64,000 nucleotides of DNA, from NCBI RefSeq assembly GCF_009914755.1, contig NC_060933.1. One strand, given 5' to 3'. The stretch is from the human T2T-CHM13v2.0 reference genome, Homo sapiens. Position numbers and translations under genes: made by a program. Shown here piece after piece: positions 1-13,100 of this stretch (its first letter is position 1; every line of letters begins with the position of its first letter). Under the pieces are notes generated by a model, which had not been told where the DNA came from, made no database searches, and saw only the letters and a list, made by a program, of their open reading frames with translations.

Positions 1-931
1 CAGTCTTGTTAGGTTGCATGTTTCTTAGAATTTATCCGTTTCTTCTAGATTATCTACTATATTGCATATAATTGTTCATAGTAGTCTCTCATGATTCTTT
101 TTATTTCTGTGGTATCAGTTATAATTTGTCCTTTTTGTGTTTTTTTTTAGTTTTATCTTTTTTGCTTAGTCTTACTAAAGGTTTGTAAATTTCGTCTTTT
201 CAAAATATAAACTCTTAGTTTTACTGATTTTCTCTATTGTGTTTTTCTGTTCTTTATTCTTTTCCTGTTCTAATCTTTATTATTTCCTTCCTTCTGCTAA
301 TTTTGGGTTTAGTTTGTTCTTCTTCTCGTTTGTTGAGGTGCCAAATTAAATCGTTTATGTGACATCTTTCTTTTTTTTAATGTAGGTGTTTACTGCTGTA
401 TGTTTCCCCTTACTACTGCTTTCACTGAGTCTCTTAAGTTTTGATATGTTGTATTTCATTTTCATTTTGTCTCAAGATATTTTCTAACTTTCCTAATGAT
501 TTCTTTCTTATGCCGCTGGTTGTTCAAAAATTTATTTCTATATATTGTGAATTTTCCAGTTTTTCTTCTATACTTTGTTTCTGGTTTCATTTCATTATAG
601 TCAGAAAAGAAACTTGGTATGATTTTAATATTCTTAAATCTATTAAGACTTGTTTTGACACCTAACATATGATATATCCTGGAAAATGACGTGTGTACAC
701 TTGAGAAGAATGCGTGTTCTGCTGCTGTATACTGGAACGGTCTACGTATGTTCATTAGGTTCATTTGGTCTATAGTGTTGTTTGTGTTTGCTATTTCTTT
801 TTCTGACTGGTTGTTCTCCCCGTTATTGGAAGTGGGGTAATGAAGTCTCCTACTATTATTGTGTTGCTGTCTATATTCCCTTCAGTTCTGCCAATGTTTG
901 TTTTATATATTTAGGTGCTCTGTTGTTAGGG

Positions 932-975
<44 letters not shown>

Positions 976-3900
976 TAATTGTTAAAATTGTTATATGTTC
1001 CTGGAGACTGCACTCTTATATCATTATATAATGTTATTCTTTGTCTCTCCTGACAGTTTTTGGCTTCTAATCTATTTTGTATGATATAAATATATCCACT
1101 CCTACTCTTTTTTGGTTACCAAATGGTAACTAATGGAATATCTATTTCCAACACTTTACTTTCAGTCTATGCACATCCTTAAATCTAAAATGAGTTTCTC
1201 ATAGACAGCGTATAGTTGGATCTTTTTTTTTTTTTTAAATCCGTTCAGCCACTCTGTGTCTCTTTATTGGAAGTTATATCTATTTATTTATCAGAAGTTA
1301 AACCTATTTACGTTTGAAGTAATTACTGATAGGAAATTATTTATTATTGCCATTTTGTTCATCATTTTCTGTTTGTCTTATAGTTCATTTGTTTTTGGAG
1401 TTCCAGAGCTTTTTGGAATTCCTTAGTGCACAGTTCTTAGTTCATTTTTCTCCCTTGCTCTCATCCTTTGTGTTTCGTTGATTTTTTTTGTATTGATAAA
1501 CTTTTATTAATTTCTTTTTTACTTTTGTGTAACTTATATGGGTATTTTGTTTCCAGTTACCCTGGGGCTTATATAAAATATGGTTATGACAGTTTAAGTT
1601 GATAACAACTTAACTTTAATCACATGCAAAAACTCTACAGTTTTACTCCTCCTACCTTCACATTTTGTCGTTGATGTCACAATTTACTATATGGTGTATT
1701 CATTCATTCACATATTTTTTACTTATAGTTGTTTTTAATACTTTCGTGTTTTAACTTTTACATTAGAAATAAAAGTGATTTACCCACCACCATTAGAGTA
1801 ATAAAGCATTCTGTATATCTGTATATTTACCTTTGTGTTCTATACTTTCTTATGGTATCATGTTGCTGTACAGCATTCTATTATTTCTACCTGAAGAACT
1901 GCCTTTAGCGCTCCTTGTAAGGCAAGTCTGTTAGTGATGAACTTCCTCAGCTTTTGTCAGGGAAATTTTTATGTTTCCTTCATTTTTAAAGGGCAGTTTT
2001 GCCAGGTATAGTGTTCTTAGATAGCATTCTTTTTCCCTTTCATCCCTTTGAATATGTCATGTTACTGCCTTCTGGCTTGCAAAGTTTGAGCTGAAAAAGT
2101 CAATTGATAGTTTAATAGGGATTCCCTTGTTTGTAATGAGTCATTTTCTTCTTGCTTCTTTAAAAATTCTCTTTTTTTGAATTAAAAAAAAGAATAAAAA
2201 AGACTTAAAAATTCTCTTTTTTTGAATAAAGACTTAAACTGTCTTTATTCTTTATTACTATTATTATTTTCTTCCTCCGACTGGGTGATTTCACGTGGCC
2301 TATCTTCAAGTTCACCAATTTTTTTTTTTCTGCTGGTTTTAGTCTGCTGTTGAACCTCTCTTGAATTTTTAGTTGAGTTATTATATTCTTCTGCCCTAAT
2401 ATTTGTTCCTCTTAAGTTTTCTTATTACTGAAATTCTCACTTTGTTCATGTATTATTTTTCTGAGCTTATCGATCATTTTTATGACAGTATTTTGAATTC
2501 TCTTTCAGATAATTAATATATCTCCATTTCATTAGTATTGGTTTCCAGAGTTTTATCTTGTTCCTTTTTTGGATTATGTTTCTCTGTTTTTTCATTTTCC
2601 TTGACTCTTTGTGTTGGTATCTGTGCATTAAGGAGAAAAAAAAAAAGAACCTACCATCTCTCTCAGACTTCAAGGATTGGCTTTGTACCAGAGAAGACCT
2701 TCACCAATAAACTTGGCCAGAGCTTCTATGGGGCTCTCAAACTTCTGTGTTAGTCCAAACTGTCATCTTCTTAAAGGCTCCAGGGTTCTAGAGTATGCTA
2801 GAACCTCATAGAACCTCATCAGTACTTTGTAGTATGCCTCATCAGTACTTTGAGACAGGCAAGACAAAAGATAGAAATATTACCCTCTGGTAATACTTGG
2901 AAAAGTTGGAATGTTGTATGTATGGCCCAATTCTTTTCCTCCCAAGGTAGAGGCTGAGAGCTGGGGATTTTTTTTCACTGGTCCTTTCTGTGCCAAGCCA
3001 GGGGAGAGCTGTTATGAATATCTGTGCTCTAGTCCAAACCACCACCCTTTTTCTCAAACCACCACCCTTTTTCTCTGTGGATCTAGTGTATGTTGGGTCA
3101 TGTCAGTACTCAAACACAGGTGAGACAAAAGCCAATCCTTTAGGTAGAACTCTGAAGAGTGGGACATTGTACGCACAGTCCAATTCCTTCCCTTCTCATA
3201 AAAAGTTGGGAGCTGAGAGTTCCCTCCTGGTAATAACGATGCTGTGCTGGGAGTGGGGATTACGATTAGAGAGTGTCTTCAGTTTTCCCAGTGGTTTCAA
3301 TGTGACTGATTTGTTGTTGCCCAGGTTGCAGGAGCCTCTCAGCTACTTTCTTGAATTTCCATAAAGGGAATTGATATGTGCCATTGCATCAGTGTGTCCA
3401 TGGGGGAAGGAGAGTCCAGGGTTTCCTATTCCACCATCTGGCTGCTATCATTCTCCTTCGTTTTTAAGGACACTTTTGTCACAAACAGAATTCTTGGTTG
3501 ACACATTTTTTTTTTCTAACTACCCCCACCCCACCACCAAATTTTGAATGTGTCAACTTCAAAATTTATATTTTGCTTCTTTTTTCTTTTCATTTACATT
3601 TTCTATTTTGGAAGACATTGTTCTCATGGTTTCTTTTAGTTCCTTGTACATGGTTTTCTATAACTTTATATGCACATTTAAAATAATTGATTTAAAGTAC
3701 TTATGTGGTAAGGTCAATGTTTAGACTTCCTCAAGGACAGTTCCTGTTCATTTCTGTTTTTATTGGAAATGAGCTATACTTTCTTTTTTCGTGGCATACA
3801 CAGTTTTTTGTTGAAAAGTAGATATTTTGAAAATTATAATCTGACAACTCTGGAAATAAGATTCTCCCCATCTCCAGGGTTGTTGCTGCTTGCTCTAGTT

Positions 3901-4245
3901 GTTTTGTATTTAGTGACTGATTGTGTAAAGTCTGAACTGATTTTGTAAAGGCTGTCTTTCTGAACTCATTTTGTAAAGTTGTATCCTTTGTCACGTATAG
4001 CAACTGAAGTCTCTGTTGGCTTAGTAGTCAACCACTGTTTTGACAGAGTTCCTTAAATACTGAGATTCAGATTTTTTTCTTGGTTAAGCTTTTACCTGGT
4101 TACTGTAAACTTTCAGTTAGCTTCTCGAGTTCTGAAAAAAGCTAATTCTGACCTTTTTTTGCCAGTTTATTTGCTAGTTTTATGGAACGACTAGCTTTTG
4201 GAGTTCCTTAGTCCATCATTTTTGCCAACATCAATCTCTAAAAGC
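1..4245 (-). mobile_element. Old L1M-type LINE-1 remnants (ORF2 endonuclease, ORF1, 5' region), probably at least two pieces; truncated by window start
   Basis: Minus ORF 462..764 (HAFFSSVHTSFSRIYHMLG...FSDYNEMK) resembles the L1 EN C-terminus. T-rich L1 antisense composition; ORF1-like 2467..2673. Confidence 0.75.
933..974 (+). repeat. (TG)21 microsatellite
   Basis: Perfect TG run read directly. Confidence 0.97.
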
Positions 4246-4310
4246 ATATACTTTTGTTTTTTAATAGCTCTACCAGTAGGCTTTCAATTTTACTGATAAT
4301 ACAGGAATTA

Positions 4311-4590
4311 TTATTTCTTTTTTTATTATACTTTAAGTTCTAGGGTACATGTGCACAATGTGCAGGTTTGTTACATATGTATACATGTGCCATGTTGGTG
4401 TGTTGCACCCATTAACTTGTCATTTACATTAGGTATATCTCCTAATGCTATCCCTCCCCCCGCTCCCCGCACCCCACGACAGGCCCCAGTGTGTGATGTT
4501 CCACTTCTTGTGTCCAAGTGTTCTCATTGTTCAGTTCCCACCTATGAGTGAGAACATGCGGTGTTTGGTTTTTTGTCCTTGCGATAGTTT
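4311..4590 (-). mobile_element. 5'-truncated L1PA (L1PA5-like) 3' end
   Basis: Poly-T followed by ATACTTTAAGTTCTAGGGTACATGTGCAC...CCCACCTATGAGTGAGAACATGCG, the reverse complement of the L1PA 3'UTR. Confidence 0.92.
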
Positions 4591-5324
4591 AATTAGAGCT
4601 TCTCCAAATGTGCCTAAGTATTTCTATTGTGTGGGGTAAAGGGAAAGCACAACAATTATATTAAAATAATTTCAGGATAGGATAATGCCTAGATGAGTAG
4701 GATAATGTCTGGATTGTTTAGGATTAGATATGATAAAAATAAGTACTTATTAGATACTAACCAAGTGCCTAATAGAGAGATATCTCAGTTTACTGCAGCT
4801 AAGAGTAAAAGTAAGAAAACTTAGGTAAAATTGAAATGTGAAGAAGAAGCTAATAATTTTGTAGTCATGTTTGTTGTTGGATGAGTAGAATGGCTGCATT
4901 CTTGAGGCTTTTGAGAAAGCATGAGTCCTACAAGTTTGGAAAGATTAACTGAAATGTTCCCTATGTACGGCCATAACATACAGGCTTTAAAAGTACCAAA
5001 GAATGTTCACTGAGAAGTCTTAGATGCTTTTATCGTAAATCATCTAAAAGATAAAACAGGAAATGACAATCCAGAAATTGTAAAAACTCCATAAGACCTT
5101 GTGTCTATAAATCCTTTAAATTTATCGGACTGAAATGACACTGGAACAATATTTAGGAAGTCACAGGAGTTTTTGCTGACATCTTTTTGGATTTGCTTCT
5201 TCAGAAAAGTTATTTAAAACCTAGAACCCATCATGAAACACAACATTTATAATAATTAAATTCTACATATACATTTTTAGTATGTATAATGTTCCAGAAA
5301 CTGTAGTAGCCTCTGGGGAAACAA

Positions 5325-5418
5325 ATATACATACATACATACATATATATACACACACACATATATATATGTATATTTGTCATATTTGTGTGTGTGTGTG
5401 TGTGTATGTATGTATATA
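5325..5418 (+). repeat. Compound (TACA)n/(TA)n/(CA)n/(TG)n microsatellite
   Basis: Read directly. Confidence 0.9.
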
Positions 5419-5850
5419 AAGTTGACCCTTGAACACATGGGTTCGAATTGTGTGGGTCCACTTATACGTGGATCTTCTTCCAACTCTGCCATCCATGAGA
5501 CAGCAAGACCAACCCCTCCTCTTCCTTCTCCTCCTCAGCCTATTCAACATGAAGAGTATGAGGATGAAGACTTTTATGATGATCCACTTCCACTTAATGA
5601 ATAGTAAATATATTTTCTCTTCCTTACGATTTTCTTAATAACATTTTCTTTTTTCTAGCTTTATTATAAGAATATAGTATATAATACACATAACACAAAA
5701 TATGTGTTAATCAACTGTTTATGTTATCAGTAAGGCTTCCAATAGTAGACTGTTTGTAGTTAAGTTTTGGGGGAGTCAGAAGTTACACATGGATTTTCAA
5801 CTCTGTGGGGGTTGGCATCCCTAACCCACATGTTGTTCAAAGTTCAACTC
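5419..5850 (+). mobile_element. Tigger2a-like TcMar DNA transposon (non-autonomous)
   Basis: Terminal inverted repeats AGTTGACCCTTGAACA...TGTTCAAAGTTCAACT; internal GAGGATGAAGACTTTTATGATGATCCACTTCCACTTAATGAATAG typical of Tigger2; ~430 bp. Confidence 0.85.
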
Positions 5851-5880
5851 TGCGTGCGTGTGTGTGTGTGTGTGTGTGTG
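5851..5880 (+). repeat. (TG)n microsatellite
   Basis: Read directly. Confidence 0.9.
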
Positions 5881-5989
5881 TATCACAGTTCTATATAGAT
5901 AGTTATTCTCATATGTGGCATACTTAGAAAACTCAGGGATTGCCTGGAGTTTCTTAGAAGAAAACTAATGCCTGGGTGGGGCCTCAAAA

Positions 5990-6780
5990 TATGAGGAAGA
6001 AGGGAAAAGTATGCTAGCAAAGAAAGTGGCATGAGCAACAAGTTCATGGAAGCATGAATGACTAAATATTCTAAGTTCAATATTAAATGCAAAAAGAGTA
6101 AAAGAGATAAAGCTCAATGAGGCAGGTAGTAGCTAGGTCATGGAAGGCCTTTTTTGCCATGCTAAGAGCCTTGGATCATATAATGGAAGGAGTGGGGAGC
6201 AAACCAGGGTTTAAGCTAGGGGTTGATGTGGTTGGATTTTCTTATAAAATTTGAGCTCTAGAGAGCACATTTTGCAAACTGGATATAGTGAGTAATAAAA
6301 GTGGTTTTAAGAGCCACAAGTCTGAATAGACAACTCTATTAGGAAGCTGTAGCATTAGGCTAGATGGGGGCTGAGAAGGGTTGAACCAGAAGAGTGATGG
6401 TAGGTGGTGTCAGAAGGAAGGATGTGAAACTTATTCAGCAAAGTGGCATATGATGATGAGAAAGAGGCAGGGGAGGATGATTCCCCTGATGGGGCAAAGG
6501 ACGCTGGGAATACAGAAAGCAGCCTTTTTGCTTTAATTATTTTTATTAAGTAGGGAGAAAGGAGACAATGATGAGTTTTGTTTTGGAAATACTGAATGTA
6601 AGGTAATGTGGAATGATCAGCAGGATGTGTGAGTCTGAACCTCAAGGGAAAGTCAGGGCTAAAGATAAAGGTTTGAGATTGATTAACATAATACTCTGGC
6701 AAAGAAAGAAGGCAGTATAGCAATTGACAGGAGAAACAAGACATTATAGATAAATGGGAAGCTAGAAAATGCATTTCAAG
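5990..6780 (-). mobile_element. Degenerate L2 LINE fragment
   Basis: Purine-rich tract with L2-antisense-like motifs (GGTCATGGAAGGCCTT...GCCATGCTAAGAG; GGGCTAAAGATAAAGGTTTGAGA). Confidence 0.6.
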
Positions 6781-6799
6781 AGATTAATTATGCTACTAG

Positions 6800-6908
6800 A
6801 GTTTGAAGTCCTTGAGGGATGGAATTCTGTCTCCTTAATTTTTATATTCTTGGCATCTATCACTGTGCCTGGTACCCAGTAGGCACTTAATGAATGTTTG
6901 TGGAATGA
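6800..6908 (+). mobile_element. L2 3' end
   Basis: CACTGTGCCTGGTACCCAGTAGGCACTTAATGAATGTTTGTGGAATGA matches the L2 terminus. Confidence 0.75.
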
Positions 6909-7987
6909 GTCAAATTTTACCAGCATATAGTCTCTAAATATAACATAAGCCATCTCTAGATTCTAATGGAAGTTTTGCTGATATGGTCACCTGCTTTGTT
7001 TATTTGATTACTAAAAATAGCATCTGTATTTCACTTTGCCTAATCAAGACCTAGAGGAGAAAGCCTAAATTCAGTTGTCAGAATATCTCTTGGAAAGAGG
7101 TGTGCTAACAATGAATTTGCAGGTAATGTAATGACTAGTTTGATTCCTATGAGATAGAAAGATGATTACTTCTATTCTTAGAGTGGATTGTGGAATGGAA
7201 TAGTGTCAAACAGGATATGATAGATGAAGACACTGTATAACCAAATCTTTAAATATAATTTTATAATTTTACATTAACAGTGATTAACCAGAGTAAATAA
7301 TAATATATAGTTATTTTTGATTTTTAGTTTTCCGTGCATTTATAAGGAGTACAAAGAATAATTTTTAATTTATGAAACTGACAGTATTTTAAAAGTTGAA
7401 ACATGATCCTCTGCCTCTAAAAAACCCAATTTTTAGTGGCTTGTCAATGACTCTCTAAATGTTACTTACGGTCTTTGAACTCTATTCTCAGTTTCTTGAT
7501 CTTGGTTCCTGAAGATCAGCTGTGCAGGACACACAGGTGTTAACACAGCTGGCTTGCTGATGACAACTCTGTCCATATAGCTGTCTTGTGTGTCATTATT
7601 CATATTGTTCGGTGTCATTCTGACCTAGCCAAGCTAAAAATGATACTCCAGCTCAAGAGGGATTTTAAAACCTTGACAAACTAAAGATAAGACACTACAG
7701 AATATCATGTACATGTGCTTAGCAGTTTTTAGTTAAACACATCTAAATAACTAATTTCAGCGTGTATCTGTCTTTATCCTTTAAAATAATTTATCTTCAG
7801 AATGAAAATATATCTGTGTGGATGAGTGTTATCAATTCTATTCTCAAGTATGGTTTTTTTGTTTGTTTAAATAGCTCAAGGTCAAAGCACTCTGTGAGGT
7901 GCATTCTATAGTATATAGCCTATGCTACAGATTTATCATGTTATATAGTGACTTTATAAGATGTCCATGATTAAATCACCCTATTTT

Positions 7988-8102
7988 CCAGCTTGATAAT
8001 TTGATTTGAATAGTCAGTTTTTTAGATCTTTAATTGGGATGTAGCCAGATTGATAATTTGATTCAAGAGATCAGTTTTTTTATTTCTGTAATTGGGATGT
8101 AA
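7988..8102 (+). repeat. Two-copy degenerate tandem duplication (~57-bp unit)
   Basis: CCAGcTTGATAATTTGATT...TAATTGGGATGTAg is immediately followed by CCAGaTTGATAATTTGATT...TAATTGGGATGTAa. Confidence 0.85.
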
Positions 8103-8489
8103 CTATAATGTGTGGTGTGGTTGTGGTGGTGGATTTTGCCCTCTTTTCTGGTGACAGCAGCTGGCAGTCATGGGAGAGTTCTGGCTTTGCTCCAGAGTTG
8201 TAGATTAAGTTAAATAACCTGCCAGCAAAAGAGGGCTAGTTGCTTACCTCCCACTTTTCAAATTATGAGTTTCTATGCTTGCTGCAGTGCCAATGGAATG
8301 CCTGCTTCTGCTGAGAGAGTGTCAAGGTCTCTTTCCAGTAGGTGTGGAACACAGCTGGAACTGTTGCTTATATCCTGGGACATTGTGGTTTGGGGATCCT
8401 CCATTATGACATTGTGATCATTGTATAAGGATGATTGCTACACAGGTAACTTGTTTCTTAGTGTAATAATTGTGTTCATGTGTGTACAC

Positions 8490-8490
<1 letters not shown>

Positions 8491-8523
<33 letters not shown>

Positions 8524-8524
8524 G
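8491..8524 (+). repeat. (TG)n(AG)n microsatellite
   Basis: Read directly. Confidence 0.9.
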
Positions 8525-8853
8525 GATATGAATGAATGAGGATGCCCACAGGTGCAAGGAAACTATTGAGGAAAATAAAGATGTTTAATATTCATTGATT
8601 ATCACAAAACCACTTTTATGAAACAAACATTGTTGCTAAGATTGCCAGACAATAGATATAAAGAAAAAAGATAGGGAAATGGAAGTACCAAAATCTTAAG
8701 TAATTTCTTCAACTGTTAATTGTTCATATATAGATATTAAAACGCATTATTGTTTGGCGCTAAGAGCACTAGACTTAGTATCCTCATATTAGAGATGGCA
8801 ATAACTATTTCACAAGGTGGGTAACAGAATCAAGTGATGTAGTATGGAGAGTA

Positions 8854-9178
8854 CGGTTGTCCCTTGGTTTCCTTGGGGATTGGTTCCCAAACCTTCTGTG
8901 GATACCAATATCCATGATATTGAAGTTCCTGATATAAAATGGTGTAGTATTTGCATATAATCTATGCACATCCTTCTGTACACTTTAAATTGCTTCTAGA
9001 TTTATTTATAGTACCTAATACAATGTAAGTGCTATCTAAATTATACTGTATTGTTTGGGGAATAATGAAAAGGAGAAAAAGTTTGTACATGTTCAGGACA
9101 GATGCAGCTTAAAATATATACTTTCAGTTCATGGTTGAATCCATGGATATGGAACCCACAAATATGGGGGGCCAACTG
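8854..9178 (+). mobile_element. MER2 (TcMar-Tigger) DNA element, apparently inserted in a MIR remnant
   Basis: TA then CGGTTGTCCCTTGGT...GGGATTGGTTCC...CTGATATAAAATGGTGTAGTATTTGCATATAA...GGTTGAATCCATGGATATGGAACCC...GGGCCAACTG. Confidence 0.85.
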
Positions 9179-9967
9179 AACTTTGAAAAGTATGAAGTAC
9201 TTTTGGAGGTACTAATTGTATTATTACTAATAGAAGTAGTATTATTATCTGTCTGTCCATTTGATTAATTAGATAGTTAAAGAAAAGGTTAAAGAAGGAG
9301 GAAAGTATCCATTTAGATGTAACCATCCTATCCCTGAATATCATTTTCATTGCATTGACACACTTTGATGCTTCCTCCTATCACTGGGTACATATCAGAG
9401 TCTTGGAACTGTCTAATTTTTTTTAAATTATTTTTTCTTTCTTCTACATTGTAGAATTCATGCGTTTATAACGGTGTTCTTATCTGATCATACTTACTAA
9501 GAGCCTCTGAAAGCGTAGTGTTTTTTTTTTTTGTTTGTTTTTGTTTTTTTTGCTACTGTGTATTACAGAGTATATGGTTAACTCTGGCTAGTTCCCTTCT
9601 CTTTGTATTTACAAAAGACTCTCCAGTATGCCTTTTCTACTTGTTTATCCAGAATTTCTGTTAATTAGGTACTAGAATAAGTGGTCAGTAGTTGTGACCA
9701 GGAAAGTTAGCCGTGGTCAGGAAAGTTAGGACCAGTCAAGATGTGTACTAGACTATATAAAACTTGAAAATGTATCAGGAGACGGTATACAGATTTCTGG
9801 AAAAATTGAAGAAAGGAAACAAAGTGTCTTTGAGATGGCACCCTGTATTGGCGATGTAAACTTGACTCACTAGAAATTGTTTGTAGATTCTCTGGTGAGA
9901 GATAGTCATTTAAAAAAAAACTTTATAGGTGATAAAAGAATATTATCTTTCTTCTATATCTCCAGAG

Positions 9968-10180
9968 CAGGGGATGACCAAGTTTTTCTGTGAAGGCCAG
10001 ATAGTAAATATCTTAGGCTTGGTGAACCATATGGTCTTTGTCTCAACTACTCAACTCTGTCATTGTAACAGGAGAGCAGCCATGGACAATAGGTAAATGA
10101 ATGGGTATAACTCTAATAAAACTTTATTTATAATAGACAGTGGCTGGATTTGGTTCTCAGGCTGTAGTGTGCTGACTGTA
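9968..10180 (+). mobile_element. MER58A-like hAT-Charlie element
   Basis: TTTTCTGTGAAGGCCAGATAGTAAATAT...ACTACTCAACTCTG...AATAAAACTTTATTTA...GGCTGGATTTGG. Confidence 0.8.
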
Positions 10181-13100
10181 CACTGCTCTTTGGTGCATAG
10201 GTTGAAAAATAGTATGTAGGCTGTTCTAGTGCATAGAATGAAAAATAAAAGGAAGAAAGGGAAGCAGTAAGGAATCAGTGGGAATGGAAGGAAGTACAAG
10301 GGAGGGAGTAGGACAAAGGAGGGCAAGAAAATGGAGGCAAAGTACAACATGAATGCAGGATAATGAGAATGGAGATTATAAGAAATATTATAGAGGTCTG
10401 TTTTCATATGGATATATATCTGGTAAAAAGGTTTATTTTGAAGCATCGGAGGCCATAATAGATTGGAGTAAATAAAATTGAAGCAGATTAAAAGTATGAC
10501 ATGAAGCCCTAATATCAGTTGCCTTTCCCAGGCATTCAGGATTCAGACACTGTATACATCTTCTTACATGTGTTTTTAAGTCAACCTCAGTTTTTATATA
10601 TACCTTGAGGTCTTCTGGCTTGGTATCCAATTGGTAAAAATACAGCTAGTAAATCATTTCATGAGTGTGTGTTTTTTTTTTAATTGGAACATAGAGTCCA
10701 GAGGGATTTATAGCTGTGCATGATAAAACATGGAGGGAGTTGAGCAATTTTTCTAGAAATGACTAATTTAATTTCATAGTTGATATCTAGCAGAAATAGC
10801 TTTTTTTTTTTGTTTTGGTAGGAGCATAAAAATTAGAAAACATTGTTTACTTGTGAGTAAAGGCTAATCAGAGAAATAGGAATAGTACAGTATGGATCTT
10901 GTGGATCACTTAAAATCTAGAACTGGATTATTATAGTAAAATATATTTTAAAATATATTTATCTTGAAATAAATATATTTCATGGAACTGTTTTGACTTT
11001 TTAGAAAGTTTTATTTATTTTCTTCTCCTGTTTTTTATGATATGTCTATTAGAGATATCTCCTTTCTGAAAGCATGTAATAAGAAAGGGAGAAAGTAAAC
11101 TGTTCTTTCTAAAAATCAAAATTTTAGAGTAGAAGTAATATAGGTTTTAAAAATTATTCTAAAATATGATATTGCATGATTTTAAAGAACGTTATAGAAT
11201 GTATAACATTTGATAACAGATTTATATTGGGAAATTCTATATGTTAAAAATGAGCTGTTAGGCGTTTTGAAGAAGAAAAACATTGTATACATGTATTAGT
11301 CATATTGATAAATGAGAATAAAAAGGCATAGAATCTTGATTATAGGATGAATAATAATGTATTATAAACATAATTAAAGATTGGCTTTTGAAATTATAAT
11401 TTAATCTACAGACAGGTGACTGCTGGTGAATTTTATTCCTAATTCACACTAAACTCAGTACTTTAAAAGATAAACTTTTCCTTTTAGGAAAAAAATAATT
11501 TGACTATTCTAATATTACTTCAAAACTTTTTTTGACAGTAACTAATTTGCTTTAGATCCTCATTCTTGAAAATAATTTTGTATCCAATAAGCTGTACTTC
11601 CTAAAGAAATTCCAAATTATCTCTCTTTTAATATGTTAGTTACTTTGTTCTCAGCCTGCCTGTTCTATTTCTTTTCATGAACGAACTTAATGCAACAAGG
11701 TAAGAGTCCTTTCTTACTGTTCTGTGTTGAATCTCCCTGTTCACACCTTGAAATTCAGACTTGCCTTCTGCATTCTTTCTGAAGTCTCTTCCTTCTACCC
11801 TTTATTTCTTCCGTTTCTTGTCATCTTTCTTTTCTTCTCCTTTGCTGCATGATTTTATTTTTGCTTGTCTTAGTGTCACTGTTTTGGATTCTTTCAACAT
11901 GATGCTTTCACTCCCTTTACTCATTAAAATAAAATTATGGATAATTCTTTTACAAGACTTTTCTAAAAACTTTTCCTAGAAATATTTGAGAACATTTTAG
12001 ATACTTACTCTCAAAGTTCTCGTTTAATTTAAAAGTGGAAAAAACTCTTAAAATTTTAGTAGAAGTATTTGTGATATTGCATCTATTATATATCATGGGT
12101 CTCTCACTCTTGATGGCACTGTCAAGTTGATTCAACAGATAATTTGTAATTAAATGGAAGTATTAAAGCATGCATATTATTCAAATGATTATGATGTTCA
12201 TCATTAGGTGTAGCAAAAATAGCTGCATTTTGCAAGTTTTTTTTATTCAATATAAAGAATTATTTAATTTGGCAAATTAAGTAATGTTATACCAAAAATA
12301 TTGAAATGACAATAAATCAGTTTCAAAAGCAAGATGCCACAGCTTAACAATGCTCATAAAGTTTATTTAGAGAATATAAAATGTGGCTTACTGTTCACTG
12401 TATGTCAAGCTTCGTGGATGAAGTATGGTGCCTGATGCTAATCAGGTTAAAGGACCTCCAGTGCTCGAACTGTGTTGTGGATTATACTTACATTGCTTAT
12501 GGTTTTTTTCCCCTCTCTTTGCCCGTATTAGCAATCTGCTTTTGTACTTTGACATCCAGGATTTCCCTAGTGAATTTTGTCACAGAAAAAAGAGAATCAT
12601 CAATATCGCAGTTAAACTTGACTTTCAAAGCTAATAGTATCTCATTTGGGGGCTCAAATTTAATAAATTTTCTTTGATTCTGGGTGAGTTTTTAAACATC
12701 AAACAATGAATTGGCCAGGGTGCAGTAAAATATTTAGATCTATTGACTGTGGTTCAGAAGGGTAGAAGGCAAAACACTAGTGGTTTGATGTTGATAAATT
12801 CTCAGAACCTTAATCCACATTAATGTTTTCTTTTATCTGAGTGCACATTGGTGACAAAAAAAAGCAAGAGAAGGTATTCATACATGTAAAATATAAAACC
12901 TAAAACAAATGTAGTTGTAAAATACGATTTGTTTTGTTATGCTAAGTAAGTTTAACAGCATTCTTATCCTGAGTGAAGACTCTGGAGAGTGTTTGTTGCA
13001 GATAAATATACATTGTGAATTGAGACTCCAGCATGCATGTGGTACTCACATCATTATAAAAATTACATCATAGTGTATGTTTTACAGCATACACTTTGAC

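Noticed and set aside
2160-2860. Short direct repeats (AAAATTCTCTTTTTTTGAAT x2; CCTCATCAGTACTTTG x2)
   Set aside because: Slippage duplications inside a decayed L1; there is no repeat-spacer array, so it is not CRISPR-like.
5377-5604. Proline/acidic ORF (PTPPLPSPP...EDEDFYDD)
   Set aside because: It lies in the Tigger2a-like element and a microsatellite.
8342-8445. Possible cryptic exon ending CAG|GTAACT
   Set aside because: Modest acceptor, length not frame-preserving, and no recognisable peptide.
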